A DNA stretch of 64,000 nt from the human T2T-CHM13v2.0 reference genome, Homo sapiens. The stretch lies in NCBI RefSeq assembly GCF_009914755.1, contig NC_060931.1; one strand, given 5' to 3'. This document shows, one piece after another, positions 43,270 through 58,300 of this stretch. The notes beneath the pieces are model-generated. The model saw only the letters and a list, made by a program, of their open reading frames with translations. It did no database searches and was not told the origin of the DNA. The position numbers and the translations under genes are program-made. Positions within the stretch are counted from its first letter, which is position 1; each line of letters opens with the position of its first letter.

Positions 43270-43568
43270 GCCAGGCATGGTGGCATATGCCTGTAATCCC
43301 AGGACTTTGGGATGCCGAGGCAGGCGGATCACCTGAAGTCAGGAGTTTCAGACAGCCTGGCCAACATGGTGAAACCCCATCTCTATTAAAAATACAAAAA
43401 ATTAGCCAGGTGTGGTTGCACATGCCTGTTTTCCCGGCTACTTCGGAAGCTGAGGCACGAGAATCACTTGAACCCGGGAGGTTGGAGGTTGCAGTGAGCC
43501 AAGATCAGGCCACTGCACTCCAGCCTGGGGCACAGAGTGAGGCTGTCTTATTAAAAAAAAAAAAAAAA
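43270..43568 (+). mobile_element. AluSx-like
   Basis: Full dimer with A tail. Confidence 0.93.
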
Positions 43569-43884
43569 TTCCGACAAGTGACGGTATTATAAGAAGGTAT
43601 TGCCTTCTTATCCAGAAAATTTTTTCTAGCTCTTTATCTTCTCATCATCTTCCAGGTGGAATTTTTGGGCTCTGTTGTCTCATAGAGAGAACTGGACAAG
43701 AACTCACATGGTGACAGAACATTACAGTTAAAAGAACTAATGCAGTTATGTAGCTTATTCACTCATTTTATAGATGACTAGACTGGGGCCACTTAAGTAA
43801 TGCCCAAGGTCATACAGTTTCAAGGGCACATAGCCAGATAAAATGAATTAACAGTAAGGTATTATTAAGTCCTTGGCCAGTGCT

Positions 43885-46603
43885 TTTTTCTTTTAATAAA
43901 CATTTTATTTTAGAAAAATTTTAGATTTACAGAAACACTGTGGAAATATTAGTTTCATATAACCCACACCCAATTTCCCCTATTATTATCATCTTACATT
44001 AGTATGGTACATTTCCTACAATTAATGAACATATATTGACACAATATTATTAACTGAAGTGTGAGCTTTATTCAGTTTCCCTTCGTTTTTACCCAATATC
44101 CTTTTTCTCTTCCATGATATCATTCAGGATACCACGTTACATTTAGTAATTTGGTCTCCTTGGACTCCTCTTGGTTGTGTCACTTTCTCCTACTTTCCTT
44201 CTTTTTGATGACCTTGAAAATTCTGAGGAGTATTCTCAGATATTTTGTAGTGTATCACCTATTGAGATATGTCTGATTTTTTTTGATGATTAGACTGCAG
44301 TTACAAGATTTTTAGAGGAAGACCATAGAGGTAAAGTGCCATTTTCATCACATCCTGTCAAAGGCTGATATTATCAATATGATTTATCACTGCAGATGTT
44401 GACCTTTGATCAACTGGCTGGGGTAATATTTCTCAAATTTCTCCATTGGAAGTTTATTCTCCCCATCTTCCTTTGCTTATTGTACTCTTCGGAAGGAAGT
44501 TACTATGTACATCCCACACTTAAGGAGTAGGGATATATGCTCCACCTCCCTGAGAGGGAAGTATCTATATTAATTATTTGGAGTTCTTCTGCATGGGAGA
44601 GCTGTCTTTTCTCCCCATTATGTACTTCAATATTTACTTGTATCAGTATGGACCAATGGATATTTATTTTATGCTTTGGATTATAATCCAATATTACTTT
44701 ACATATTTGCTCGCTCAAATTACTCTAGCTTAGGCCACTGGGAGCTCTTTCCATCATCTGCTGTGTCTCTTTGAAACACAGAGTTTCCAGTTTTGTGTTT
44801 TTTGTGAACATCTCCTTTCTGTTGCTACAAGATGCTCCACGTTCATCTTGTATATTTTTCAGCACCAGCCATTTCTCCAATGAGCCCTGGTTCATTTCAT
44901 TAAAGATTAGAGAACAAATTTGAGTGCTATGTGGGCTTGTTGCTACTGGGGCATCACTGTTTCTAGGCTCTCTGAGCTAACAGAGCAAGAAAATGTATGT
45001 GAGCACATTAACGCATGCATATACATATATCTAAAAATACTGTTAAATGTAACCAGCTCTATCTGTACTAAGCTAAAGACAAATTCACACTGATATTTCC
45101 AACTCTAATCCATTACAGGATCATTCTAGTCCCCTTCCTTTGCTTGCCTCTAACCTGACTCTAACGGTGAGAAACCTGGCTCCTACCAACCACCATCCAT
45201 TTACTTAATTGTTCAATTCCAATACACACGTATAGTGGCTTCAAAATTGTTAAACTGTGGAGAAAAACTTTATCAACCAGAGTACAATGCTTATTTATAA
45301 GTTCCATTTCCCCTTATTCTTACAGACTCCACTAATTTCCAAAGTTACTCAGATCAGCACTTTCCTCGCTCCTCTTTCAGTGAGTTTATCTCATACATTC
45401 ACAATAGAATTATTTTATTATAGTTTCCTTTCCATCCTGGGATTCTATGATCACTTAATTGATTTTTAAATAATTGAATATACTCAAGTTCACTCTTTTT
45501 GCTATAAAGTTTGGTTTTGACAAATGCACAGTGTCATGTATCTACCATTACAATATCATACAGAATAGTTGCTGTGTTCCAAAAAATCCCCTGTATTTGA
45601 ACAATTCAGCCCTCCCTGACCTTGAACTCATGGCAACCACTAATCTGTTTATAGTCTTTATAGTTTTGCCTTTTGTAGAATGTGATATAAATGGAATCAT
45701 ACAGTATGCAGCCTTTTCAAATTGGCTACTTTTGGCAATATGCATTTAAGATTCATCCATGTCTTCATGTGAGATGAGAGCTCTTTTCTTTTTGCTGAAT
45801 AGAATTACATTGTATGGACGTACCAATGGTTATTTATACATTGACGTACTACAGGACAATTTTGGTTGATTCCAGTTTGGGTGATTATAAACAAAGTTGT
45901 TATGAACATTTGTGCATAGATTTTGGGGTGGACATATGTTTCAAATCAGTTGGATAAGTGCAGAGAACTGTGATTGGTGGGTTACATAGTAAGGCTATAT
46001 TTAGCTTTAAAAGAAACTGGCAAACAGTTTTCCAAAGTAGCTGTAGCATTCCTACCAGCAATGAATGAGAGTTCCTGTTGCTCTCTTATCCTCGTCAACA
46101 TTTTGCTGTTGCCAGTTTGTTTTTGGATTTTGGCCATTCTAACAAGTACATAGTGGTATCTTCTTTTAATTTGCATTTTCCTAATGACAAATGATATTGA
46201 GCATTTTTTCATAAGCTTACTTGGTATCTGCATATCTTTCTTGTTGCAGTGCCTGTTTGGATCTTTTGCCCATTTAAAAAGTTTGGTTGTTTTCATATTG
46301 TTGAATATTAAGGGTTCTTAGAACACTTTGGATACAAGTCCTTTATCAGATATGTGTTTTGTAAATAGTTCTTCCCATTTGTGGCTTTTCTTTCTCTTAA
46401 CAATGAATAAGAGTATACTTATCAATTTTTAAGTTCAATTTATCAATTTTTTTTCTTTCATGAATTATGTGGGGTTGTATCTAAAAACTCATCACCAAAT
46501 CCAAGGCCATATATATTTTATCTTATATTTTCTTCTTGAAGTTGTATAGTTCTGCATTGTATGTGGGTCTAGGTCTGTTTTCAGTTAATTTTTGTGAAAG
46601 GTG
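43885..46603 (-). mobile_element. Old L1 (L1MC/MD-like) 3' UTR plus ORF2 end
   Basis: Long L1MC-type 3' UTR; ORF 45982..46296 (KWAKDPNRH...KKCSISFVIRKMQIK...YHY...RMAKI) is a degenerate ORF2 C-terminus. Confidence 0.88.
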
Positions 46604-46649
46604 AGCCAGCGCTCTTTTTCTCATGAGACTCTCTTAAGAGACAGCTTCA

Positions 46650-47430
46650 GAGAGGCATACTTGCTGGAGTTTGAGTATAAAAAAGAATAACGGCCAACAA
46701 GACCTTACAGCTTTTAAAGTTAATATTCACAGGCATCAACAATAGAAGTGTAATGTCCATAACTGAAGAAGGAATTCATCACTTTGTAATCTGCCATGGT
46801 CAAACCACATCTATGGTATAGTATGTTCTGCTCCAGGGGGCAACTTGATTTAATGCTGACACTGATAAGCTAGAATTCCTCTAGGTTAGTAACTGGCATG
46901 ATGAAGAGTCTGGATATGATTGCCATAGAAGTGTGCATAATGATATGTCTGTTTCCCTATGTCTTTTGTCTTTAATATTGTGAACCATTTGAGGGCAAGA
47001 AATGTACGTCTCATCATGTATGTCCAGGATCTAGCACTTAGTATGTGCTAAATAAATATTTAAGTAGTGGGTTTAGTGAATAAATTGAGAATGTTTAATC
47101 TAGAAAATAAGCGTTCCTCAGACAACATATGCCTGTGAATAGCCACCACACCTCCTGGGAAGAGGAGGCATGAAAATTGTCATTAAATATGCAAAGAGCT
47201 ATCATGCAGAAGAGAGATTAGAACGAGGATTAATGGGTAAAATTCACAAAGATACAGAATTTCAACTCATAATACTTAACAGTAGGCTGCCATATGGTCA
47301 TCCTGTAACCACTGAAATAATTAAACAGCGCCCAAGTGAATCTTTGTAAGGGATGTTAGAGAGGGGTTACTTGCACTGAGAAGGGAAGTAAATGAACCAT
47401 TTTCTGTCTCCTTCAACTCTGAAATTCTAT
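46650..47430 (+). mobile_element. CR1/L3 remnant interrupted by an L2 end
   Basis: ggcatcaacaatagaagtgtaatgtc...ggtcaaaccacatct; L2 end at ~46950-47085. Confidence 0.5.
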
Positions 47431-48757
47431 GGAGAGAATAAACTAGTATAGGGCCAATTAAAAACCTCAAAATCTCTAAGAACATGAATAATTTTGGTGT
47501 CACAGTCCATTTGTAATTCAAAATCAAACAAAAACTATGTGTGTTACAAAGTCCAATGTGATATATACAAGATTATTTGTGCCTTCCTTTTTAAGATATC
47601 AAACATAAAATCTCCCCTTAATTCTCCCTTTCATGCTGCTGCTTTGTGGGGCTCTACATATGTGATTTTTTTCTACTTATGGTCCAGCACTGATTCCTTG
47701 ATTCTAGGTACAGGACGAGGAGGGTATGAAGACTTCTTTGGGAAACATTTGTAAAATAAAAAGTCCAGTTCCAAAGAAACCCCATGCAAAGGTAGAAAAG
47801 TCCAGGGCCTTCTCATTTAAAATACTCATTTATAACTACAGCAGCAATAAAGCCAGAGACAAAATGTGGTGGTGCATCCTAAAAATAAGAGCTATCTACA
47901 ACTGATACATAAAGCTTGCCAGCACTCAAAACTGCTACCATTTCTAATGGCAATGTAGAGATATAATGCTCTTCAAATACAAAGAGAGAATTTATATTCC
48001 ATCTAGTCTTAAATCTTAATTTATTTTTCATTGTGCTCTAATTCTAATTCTTTGAAAATTGACATATATGCCAAAATAAATGATTAAACAGAACACCTTA
48101 GGCCTTGATCATATAGGTGATAATAGAATTTAAATCAAAAACTAATTTGGTATGATGATTAGCTTAAAAATGCTGCACAACTTGTTGGTTATGTTTACCA
48201 TGTGAACGTTCTCATTGTAGCTAAGTCAGTTTCATGATTTCTGCTCATGGAATCTAAATTTTGGAACAAATTTATGAGTTATTTCCCAAGAATTCTATGA
48301 AACAACAAATGTTAAAATAAGTAACTACTGATTTATATAACACTTGTGTATTTAGAAAACTAATTCTTTAACTGGTTCATCTTTATCATTATTCTACCTT
48401 CTATAAGAAACCCATTACAGCTTTCATAGAAAGGGGAGGAAAAGCGAGCAGTTTTTCTATAAATAGTGTGAGGCATTTTTCTACCCCATCCTAGAGTGCT
48501 ATAACTTCCCTCTGCAACTCAGGTGATATGTTCTTATGATGAACTGATCTCCTTAAGAGTTTCTGAGTTACAACAGAAAAAGTCAACGAAATAACCTTGC
48601 TATGTCTTGTTATGAAGGTTAGTGCTTGCTTAAGGAAAATAAACTACTCCCTAAGGGAATGGCACTGGTTTAAAGATTTGAAATAAACCCATGATGAACT
48701 GCAATTTTTTTTTAAAGAATTCCATACAGTTTTAAAAAGCAGATAAAAAATACTTAC

Positions 48758-48790
48758 TGGAACATCAACATATTTTGCAGCTGCTTTCAC
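48758..48790 (-). CDS. CADPS2: CADPS2 33-nt exon (VKAAAKYVDVP)
   Basis: 33 nt, phase 0-0, acceptor ctctttctttcacacttaag, donor gtaagt. Matches the recalled CAPS2 peptide linking SFT to KPG. Confidence 0.95.
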
Positions 48791-48899
48791 CTTAAGTGTG
48801 AAAGAAAGAGATAATCATGAGAATTATTTTTTTAACTGCCATATAAGTACTATGACAACAGTTAAAAGACCACAGAAGAGAACTCATTCAAATACTTAC

Positions 48900-48983
48900 A
48901 GTGAATGACAGAATGGATGAAAAGAAAGTGCCTTCATCATACCTTGACAGCTTAGACAACACGCCTTCCAACACTGAAACAAA
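48900..48983 (-). CDS. CADPS2: CADPS2 exon ([28 protein letters not shown])
   Basis: 84 nt, phase 0-0, acceptor ataactgtattatag, donor gtaagt. The next upstream exon was not found and probably lies beyond 64000. Confidence 0.96.
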
Positions 48984-49152
48984 CTATAATACAGTTATAG
49001 TGAGTATTTAGAATGTTACTATGCATACAAACTAATAGCAGGACAAACAATTCCTGAATCAATTTCTTCCATCGCACAAAAATTCACAATGAATGAACTG
49101 ACAGCTGAGGTCAGACTAACTTGTGATGTTTACTCTTTCATTCTGAACATGA

Positions 49153-49501
<349 letters not shown>

Positions 49502-49712
49502 AATAATACACAATTTTTAAAAAAATAAAAGATAATGTGTCATAGGAATCTAGTCACTATACATATGAGACCACTGAAGCCATTCATAAACAATCTTAGG
49601 TCCATGAGATTTTTCCTTAAAACATTTTTCAACTTCAATGTGGATGTTAAGAAACAATGGCAGGCAAGCTTAATCAGATTCCTTTCTATTTTATATTACT
49701 TGCCATCCTTCA

Positions 49713-50093
<381 letters not shown>

Positions 50094-51373
50094 TGAACAG
50101 ATAATGAAAGGGAGGTGGTGTAACATATGAGCTCTTGTAACTATGACACAATGGCTGACATTAGTTAACAAGCATTTACCAGGCAGTTCTAATTGGCACA
50201 TATAAGGATCATCCCTGCTTCCCAAAGCTTACGTAGCAGTTATGGAGAGAAAACAGATACACACTGCAGAGTACAATGGAAAAGAGCACTGGACTCAGAA
50301 TGTATATCCCAATTCCATCACTCAGTAGAATGCAAGCTCAGTTTGACCACCTTACTTCTCAGGCTTCCTCCATCAGTTAAATGGACTAGGGTGAGGGGGG
50401 TAGGATGTGGAATTCAAATTAGTCTCAAAAGTGGTTTACATTTCTAAAACTTTATATTTCTATGAAATAAAAAAACACATACACTATAATACAGTAAAAA
50501 TGTGAAGCATTTTACTTTATTTAGCATGAAAATCGATGAATAAGAGATCTTAAGAATGACATACTGCCCTACATCTCTCCTCCTTAGAACTAAAATAATA
50601 TGAACTATTGACACATTATAGATTCCCAAAGGGAAAATGCTGACAAGGTTTTTTCAATAGGAAAAGGGAAATTAACGAAGACTGGTTTTTGTTCACATAG
50701 CAGCTTCTTCAACAAAGTGATAATAGTTCTAGGGACACAGCTTATTGGTCTCTGGTGACCAGAGAACTCGCTGTGAGTGCATAGGAGATAATCTTTTCTT
50801 TATGGCTGATCAATTACTACAAAATAGTTTATGCAAAAGAAACAAAAACTTCCCTATAGGTTTCTCCATCACATCATTTGCGACATGATGTAAGAACACA
50901 GAAACAAAACCATGCAGACTGACTGTGAACTATAAGTGCATTTTTAAAGAATGAGAATAACGTATGCTTGGGTAGCTATCCTAAAGGATGCCTAGGGAAA
51001 AAAAATCCACCCACAAAATTGCGAATTGCTCACATGTAGAAGTTAATTTAGCACTTTCTTCCTGCCTGTTAGGATTTCTTACCAATCATGACTGGCTAAC
51101 TCAACTTGATGTAGTTTGCAAGGACCCAGAAGATGAATACTCTAGGGTTATGTCAGACCAGGGAAAGGGAATTCCAAACTTAATGGCCCTCTGTGGAAAA
51201 TGCCTCATCTCTTGTAACTCAAATCTTGGAGCAAGTGTGTACTGGGTGATCTCATTTGCCACGAGGACAGCGGCAATTGCTATGGTTACTAGACAGCTTG
51301 AACCATGGAGGCTGTAGCCCAGCACCTGATTCTTGGTGCTTGCTAGTGAGTCTGTGCATACACACATGTGTGT

Positions 51374-51514
51374 TGCTGAGGGACAAAGCAAGATAGAGGC
51401 AGGAAGCCTGTTGATGAATTTGCTGAGGGACAAAGCAAGATAGAGGCAGGAAGCCTGTTGATGAATTTGCTGAGGGACAAAGCAAGATAGAGGCAGGGAG
51501 CCTGTTGATGAATT
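51374..51514. repeat. Minisatellite, 3 x 47 bp
   Basis: tgctgagggacaaagcaagatagaggcaggaagcctgttgatgaatt at 51374, 51421 and 51468; one mismatch in copy 3. Confidence 0.97.
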
Positions 51515-52097
51515 TACTTCTTGGCTCAAGTTGCAGCTCTGCCGCTGTCTGGCTACGAGATAAATGTCAAGTCATTTTGCTTCTCTCTCTTCATTGTACT
51601 TCTCAGTAAAGTGGGGAAAAGGACAGCTATCCCGCCCACCTTACAAGAATGGTCTGAAGATCAGTGGAGGTAATTTATGTGAAAGAACTGTGAAAATGGC
51701 CAAACACTAAAGAAATGTAAAGAATTAATATTATCCATATGATTAGCAAAATCACTATCTGTGTCTAAAAACCTGAATACATTAAGTCACAAGTTAATGG
51801 GGGCTGCCTTAGAATTACTTAGTGACAAAGAGGAATGAGTTTGGTCCTTAAGCTAATGGGTCTAATTCAATTAAATCTATGGGGCTTCTATGGAGGTAGA
51901 ATAGAGCTGAGGCTTTAAGTCAGAAAACCACTGGGATTCCGCCTGTTTCAAGGTTATTTGGCAGACGGCAGAAGGAGGAAGGCTTTAAACACAGGTGGTC
52001 TTGATCCAAAGCCCATGCTCTTTACCCATCATGCTACAGAACTGTAAGAATTAAGTGATACGCCATATGCAATGTGCCCAGCATATAAATACTCAAG

Positions 52098-52408
52098 GGT
52101 TCAGGTGTGGTGGCTCACACTTGTAATCCCAGCACTTTGGGAAGCCAAGGCAGGAGTATTGCTTGAGTCTAGGAGTTCAAGACCAGCCTGGACAACATAG
52201 CAAGATCCTGTCTCTACAAAAAAAAATTAAAAAAATTGGCTGGGCATGGTGGCGTGTGCCTGTAGCTTCTCAGGAAGCTGAGGTGGGAGGATTGCTTGTG
52301 CCCAGGAGTTCAAGGCTAAACTGAACAATGATTGTGCCACTGCACTCCATCCTGGATGACAAAGGAAGACCCTGTCTCAAGTTAAAAAAAAAAAAAAAAA
52401 AAAAAAAA
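52098..52408 (+). mobile_element. AluJ-like
   Basis: Alu dimer with A tail. Confidence 0.92.
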
Positions 52409-52414
52409 GAACTT

Positions 52415-52709
52415 GGCCAGGTGCCGTGGCTCACGGCTGAAATCCCAGCACTTTGGGAGGCTGAGGTGGGTGGAACATGAGGTCAGGAGATCGAGACCAT
52501 CCTGGCTAACACAGTGAAACCTCATCTCTACTAAAAATACAAAAAAGTTAGCTGGGTGTGGTGGCAGGTGCCTATAGTCTCAGCTACTCAGGAGACTGAG
52601 GCAGGAGAATGGTGTGAACCCAGGAGGCGGAGCTTGCAGTGAGCCGAGATTGCGCCACTGCACTCCAGCCTGGGCAACAGAGTGAGACTCCATCTCAAAA
52701 AAAAAAAAA
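52415..52709 (+). mobile_element. AluY/Sc-like, in tandem behind the previous Alu tail
   Basis: gagatcgagaccatcctggctaac and ggagcttgcagtgagccgag diagnostics. Confidence 0.93.
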
Positions 52710-54292
52710 GAGCCCAATAAGTGTCATTTTGTTTTAATTATTAATGAGTACCTAGGATAAGACATACAAAAACACAACAGTCTTAGATCTTTCCCTTTGG
52801 GAAATACAAACTAGTGGGAGAGATAGACATGAACATAACTGCACATGACACAAGGCAGAAGTGTTATGGGCAGTGTAGACAGTAAGCAGTATAGCTGAAA
52901 CCAGAAGAAGGAAATAATGTCTTTGACTACAGGATATGGGGTCAGCTTCACTTATGAGTTGGCACAGGAGCTGAGCCAAAGGATAGCAGAGATAGAGTGG
53001 CTAAAATGACTCTCTGGGAAGGTTGCTGGCAAATGCATTTAGGGCAGAATTTTCTCCATGTGGCATCTGGCAGCCTGTTTGGCTCATCTTCTTCAGAGCA
53101 CGAAGCAGCATTGGCTTATATACAAGTTAGTCCTAGGTGTGAACCTGTGGTCTGCTGCATTCATGTCTCAGCATTCTTTGTCTCCATTTCAAAAGTAGTG
53201 GAGAGTCTTTCCTCAGCTTCCTCCCTATCCCTAAAGGTCCCTGGGGAGGCTCAATACAGCTGGGAATCTAAGTGCTTACATGGCAGTGAGCAGCGACAGC
53301 ACCTGTGGGATTAACCAGCTGAGGTGTACAGTTCCTACAGGAAAGTTTTCTTTGTAAGATTTTTGTTGAGGCACACCTAGTAGAAGAGCTACCTTAAAAA
53401 TCAAACTCTATTATAAACATCAAGATTGACTAGTAACGATATACCTTCCACCTGGCTTTTAATTGCATAAAACAGCAAGATTCCAAAGAAACCCAGTTAA
53501 ATGTTGGGTTTAGTTGCTGCATCTTTAACTGCTTCCTGTGAACTTTCTCTGTACAGCTCAGGGAGTATATAAACACTTATGGGTTTGCCTTTGTGCTGTC
53601 TGTTCTCCTGAGGGTGTCGGGTTGGAATGAAACACTGTAATCTCTTTGTTGCCCTGCTCTTTATTACTGATGCCATTAACTGGGCTTGTTTGAAAAATAT
53701 TTAACACCTAAAGTCTGCCTGGGTAATTACTGACTTTGTCTCATGAAACTCTTGGAAGTGACTGGTAGAAGGAAACATGAAGAGTGCTTCAAGGCATGTG
53801 CATTTACATTTCTTGTTGATTTTGACAGCATATAAGATTCATATGGAAGGTAGAACCATAAACTCTAAGTGACGGGAGGATTCCAGCTAGGGTTCAAAAC
53901 GAACAGTTCTTGCATTTTTAGCTGTGACACTTCATGAAATAAACAAGGAATATTTGCATCATTTACACTGCACGTTATAAAATCTTCCACAGAAAACACA
54001 AACATCCCTAGTATGGCTGATAATGAAAAACTAAGTGTTTTCTGTGGGGGAGGATGGGATAGCTGTTTTGTTTTTTTTTTTGTTAAGATCAGGACTAACT
54101 AGTATTGTTAAAAATCTGCACATGTACTCCATGAATTTAGTTAAAAAACTTTTAAAAATTAAAAATAAACTTGTTTTAGTAACATATTCTTAAAAAATGT
54201 GAACACAGTTCCAGAATATCATGAACTAGGAGAAAATAGGTTGTCTTCCCTAAATCAGAACGTTAATATATGATAATAAAATAATACGAGGC

Positions 54293-54759
<467 letters not shown>

Positions 54760-55503
54760 TTATTTGAAGCTTTATTCCAACTGACTCCTAAAAGGCCTTA
54801 CCAGATCCTGCACGTTATAGGAAGGAGGGAGTGTTTGACAGCAGGTATTTATTCATAACATACCTTGTTCTGCAAAGTATCTAGGACAACTTCTAAAACA
54901 GCACACTTAGACCAGATGTTGGTGAATTCACCACACTGTTTTCTCTCACTCTTCCTTTCATTGTTCCTCCACAAATAAAGTGAACTATTTTACTTTGCAT
55001 TCTCTCTCTGCTAAAGGCTCCTAATATCGTATGCTATTCCTTTTGGGCACATACTTGGATTTTAACAGATGCCTTCTGAATATATGGCCTTGATCCAAAC
55101 AAGTAAATTGAGTAAGTTTAATGCAATTAATTTCACCAGGCTAAATTAACAAGAAACTTTAATTACATAATCTAGGCAGTCAGATCAGATTTATCTTCTA
55201 TCTATCCTATTCTTAAGAGAAATCCAGGGGGAAATATTCTAAGTTATGAGAGAGAGAAAGCGAGAGAGAGAGAGAATGTATATATACCCGTATATCTGTA
55301 TCAATATAGTTGTGGGAAAAGTGTATATTATTTCCTAAATCCTTTTTTTTTGGCAATAATTGAGAATCTAGGAAGTTGGATATTACAGAAATGATCTTTT
55401 AATTCATACCCAGAAGTGATGGAGGCCCTGTTCAGCAGTGCTTTCTGAGAGTTGTCATTTTTTTCACTCTTGGCTCTGTTAACCATATTCTAAACCTTCC
55501 CCC

Positions 55504-55505
<2 letters not shown>

Positions 55506-55538
<33 letters not shown>

Positions 55539-56146
55539 CAGTCTTACTTTGTCACCCAGGCTGGAGTGCAACGGCGTGATCTCAGTTCACTGCAATCTCT
55601 GCCTCCTGAGTGCAAGTGTTCTTGTGCCTCGGCTTCCTGAGTAGCTAGGTTTATAGGCATGTGCAACCATGCCCAGCTAATTTTTTTTTTTTTTTTTTTT
55701 TTTTTTGCTTAAAACAATAAAAGTTTATTATGGTATAGTTCTGTAGTTCAGAAGCCTAACAAAGGCTTCACTGGGCTAAAATTCAAGTGTCAATAGGGTT
55801 GAGTTCCTTTCTGGAGGCTCTAGGGGAGAATTTGTTTTCTTCACTTTTCTAGCTTCTTGCCTGCATTCATGGTTCATGGTCTCTATCCTCCATCTTCAAA
55901 GCTGGCAACATAGCATCTCTCTAACCCTGCTTTTGCCATCTCATCTTTCTCTCTGACTCTTTTCTTTTGCCATCTCCTTCCCCTTTTAAATACCTTGTGA
56001 TTACATTGGGCTCACCTGAATAATTGTTATCTCACAGGGTTTTGCCATGTTGGCCAGGCTGGTCTCGAACTCCTGACCTCAAGTGATCTGCCTACCTCGA
56101 CCTCCCAACGTACTGGGATTACAAGTGTGAGCCACTGCACCCAGCC
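55506..56146 (-). mobile_element. AluS-like split at its linker (right arm 55506-55680, left arm 56034-56146)
   Basis: The two arms are colinear and share orientation; linker bases gtatttttagtagag are absent. Confidence 0.9.
55707..56033 (-). mobile_element. MLT1 (MLT1D-like, ERVL-MaLR) LTR fragment with A26 tail at 55681-55706
   Basis: Minus strand reads gcccaatgtaatcacaagg...ctttgaagatggagg...ttctcccctagagcctccaga...ttttagcccagtga...aataaacttttattgttttaagc. Confidence 0.88.
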
Positions 56147-57081
56147 TTGGCATTTTCATTGCTATATATAATGTATCCCATTTTCATCTACCTGACTTAG
56201 AGTTGCCCCACCTGGTTACTCTAGCTGGACTCTACAAGCTGGTCTCACAGAATGTATGCATGGAGGGACCCACAGGCTGGCTGGTACAACCCAGATATAA
56301 AAGGGACACAAGAGGACTGGAGGTGAAGCTATCACTCTTTCCCTCCCTGGTCTTGCTGAGTTCTGCATGGTGTTGTGGAGAGATCATAGGCTTAGGGACC
56401 ACAGGGGCCAAATCCTGGCTCTGCTGACATCTATTGTGTGGCCTTGGGCCTCTGTTTCCTCATCTGTGAACAGGGAGACTGGACTGGTGACTAGTCCTGC
56501 CTTGAAACATGAGGCCACCCAGGTAGGGCCCCAGGCCTCCTTTCCCTTCTTAATCAGACTGACATCAATGCTTTGATTGGTGTTATATTTTGCAGTGCTA
56601 ATATACATTTGAGACATTAATATATTTTATAAACATTTTTAAAGCATATAAAAATGTATCTTAAAACTATAAAAATGTTTGAAAAGTCCCTAGTAGATGA
56701 CCTCAGGACTCTTCCAAGTCCAGCATTCCGTGCGCCATGAGTTTCTAGAGCCTGGAGACAACAGATGCAGGCCACCAGCAGGCTCCATGCAGATATGTGC
56801 GTAGGACTTTTGTTCTAGATTGAGAAAAGGCTGTCAGTTTTTAAAAAACCCAATACCCCCACTTTTTTTGATGAGGAAAATAAGTCATGTGAGGACACCC
56901 AGCTGGTAACATAAGAAAATGGGACTAGAATCCAACTTTTCTGATGATCCCACACTTCGGTTGGTTTAATTTTAATATAAAGTGGCAATAAATATGACAT
57001 TTCTTGTACCCTTTCCTTGGTAAGATTTAATGCTCCTATTTTTTTTCCCTTGGTAAAAATTATTGAAGTCTTTCTGGCTAG

Positions 57082-57394
<313 letters not shown>

Positions 57395-57499
57395 GTCTTC
57401 CCCTTTCTTTTAAGGTTACTTTCCCTCTTTTCCATAGGTGTTCCAGTTACAGCACCTTGGCCTGAGAACAGTGGCTGCTGATACAGTCCTTTTTTCAAT

Positions 57500-58300
57500 T
57501 GTTGAAATCTTATAATCACATCAATATTTTGACCCCATATCCCTCCTCTGAGCTCCAGACCCAAATAGTTAATATCCTCCTTGACATCTCCTCCCTCAGG
57601 TGTCTCAAAGGCAGCTCAATCTCAACATGTCCAATACTGACATCATGGTCTTTCTCTCCAAATCTGTTTCTCTTCCAGGACAGCCTGCATCTAGGAATGA
57701 TACTAACATTCAGGCCATAAACCTAAGAGTACTCCTTACTATTTCCCTTTTCATTGTACATCTGAAATGTCTTTGGATTAGTTCAACAGAGACCAAGTAA
57801 CAGCTTCTACACTATCCCCTCTCCAATCTGTTTGCTACAGGCAGTCAGATGAATCTTCTTATAATGCAAATCTGATTAATTCCCTACCCACACTCTCCAA
57901 CCTTTCAGTGACTTCCCATTGCTCTTGGGATAAAGACTTTAAGCTCCTTAGCACTTCCTACAAGCTTCTGCTCACTTCTGCAGCCTTGTCTTGCTCCAGG
58001 CCCTGGTTTCTGCAGTTTCTCTTACTTAAATGGTCCTTTCATCTCTCTTCTCCTGGTTAACTCTTTCATTCTTAGGAACTCAGCTCAAGCTTCACTTGCT
58101 TGGGAAAACTTTTCCTGTCCTCCCTGACTAAATGAGTTACTCGGTCACAGATTATCCTACATGACACATTTGTATGGCTTGCATTTTATGTTTGTTAGTG
58201 TGTCTCCTCCAAGGGTTAGCAAACTCCTTGAGGGCAGGGACCCTGCTGTTTTGCTTAGCACTGTATCCCTGGCATTGAGCATACTTTCTGGCACAGAGCT
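57500..58300 (+). mobile_element. L2 fragment
   Basis: ctcctctgagctccagacc...caatctcaacatgtccaatactga...aaactccttgagggcagggacc...actgtatccctggca. Confidence 0.75.

Noticed and set aside
46828-46845. CTCF-like motif gctccagggggcaac, and partial RE1 half-sites elsewhere (44858, 51260)
   Set aside because: Incomplete matches, mostly inside old repeats; not supportable without ChIP data.
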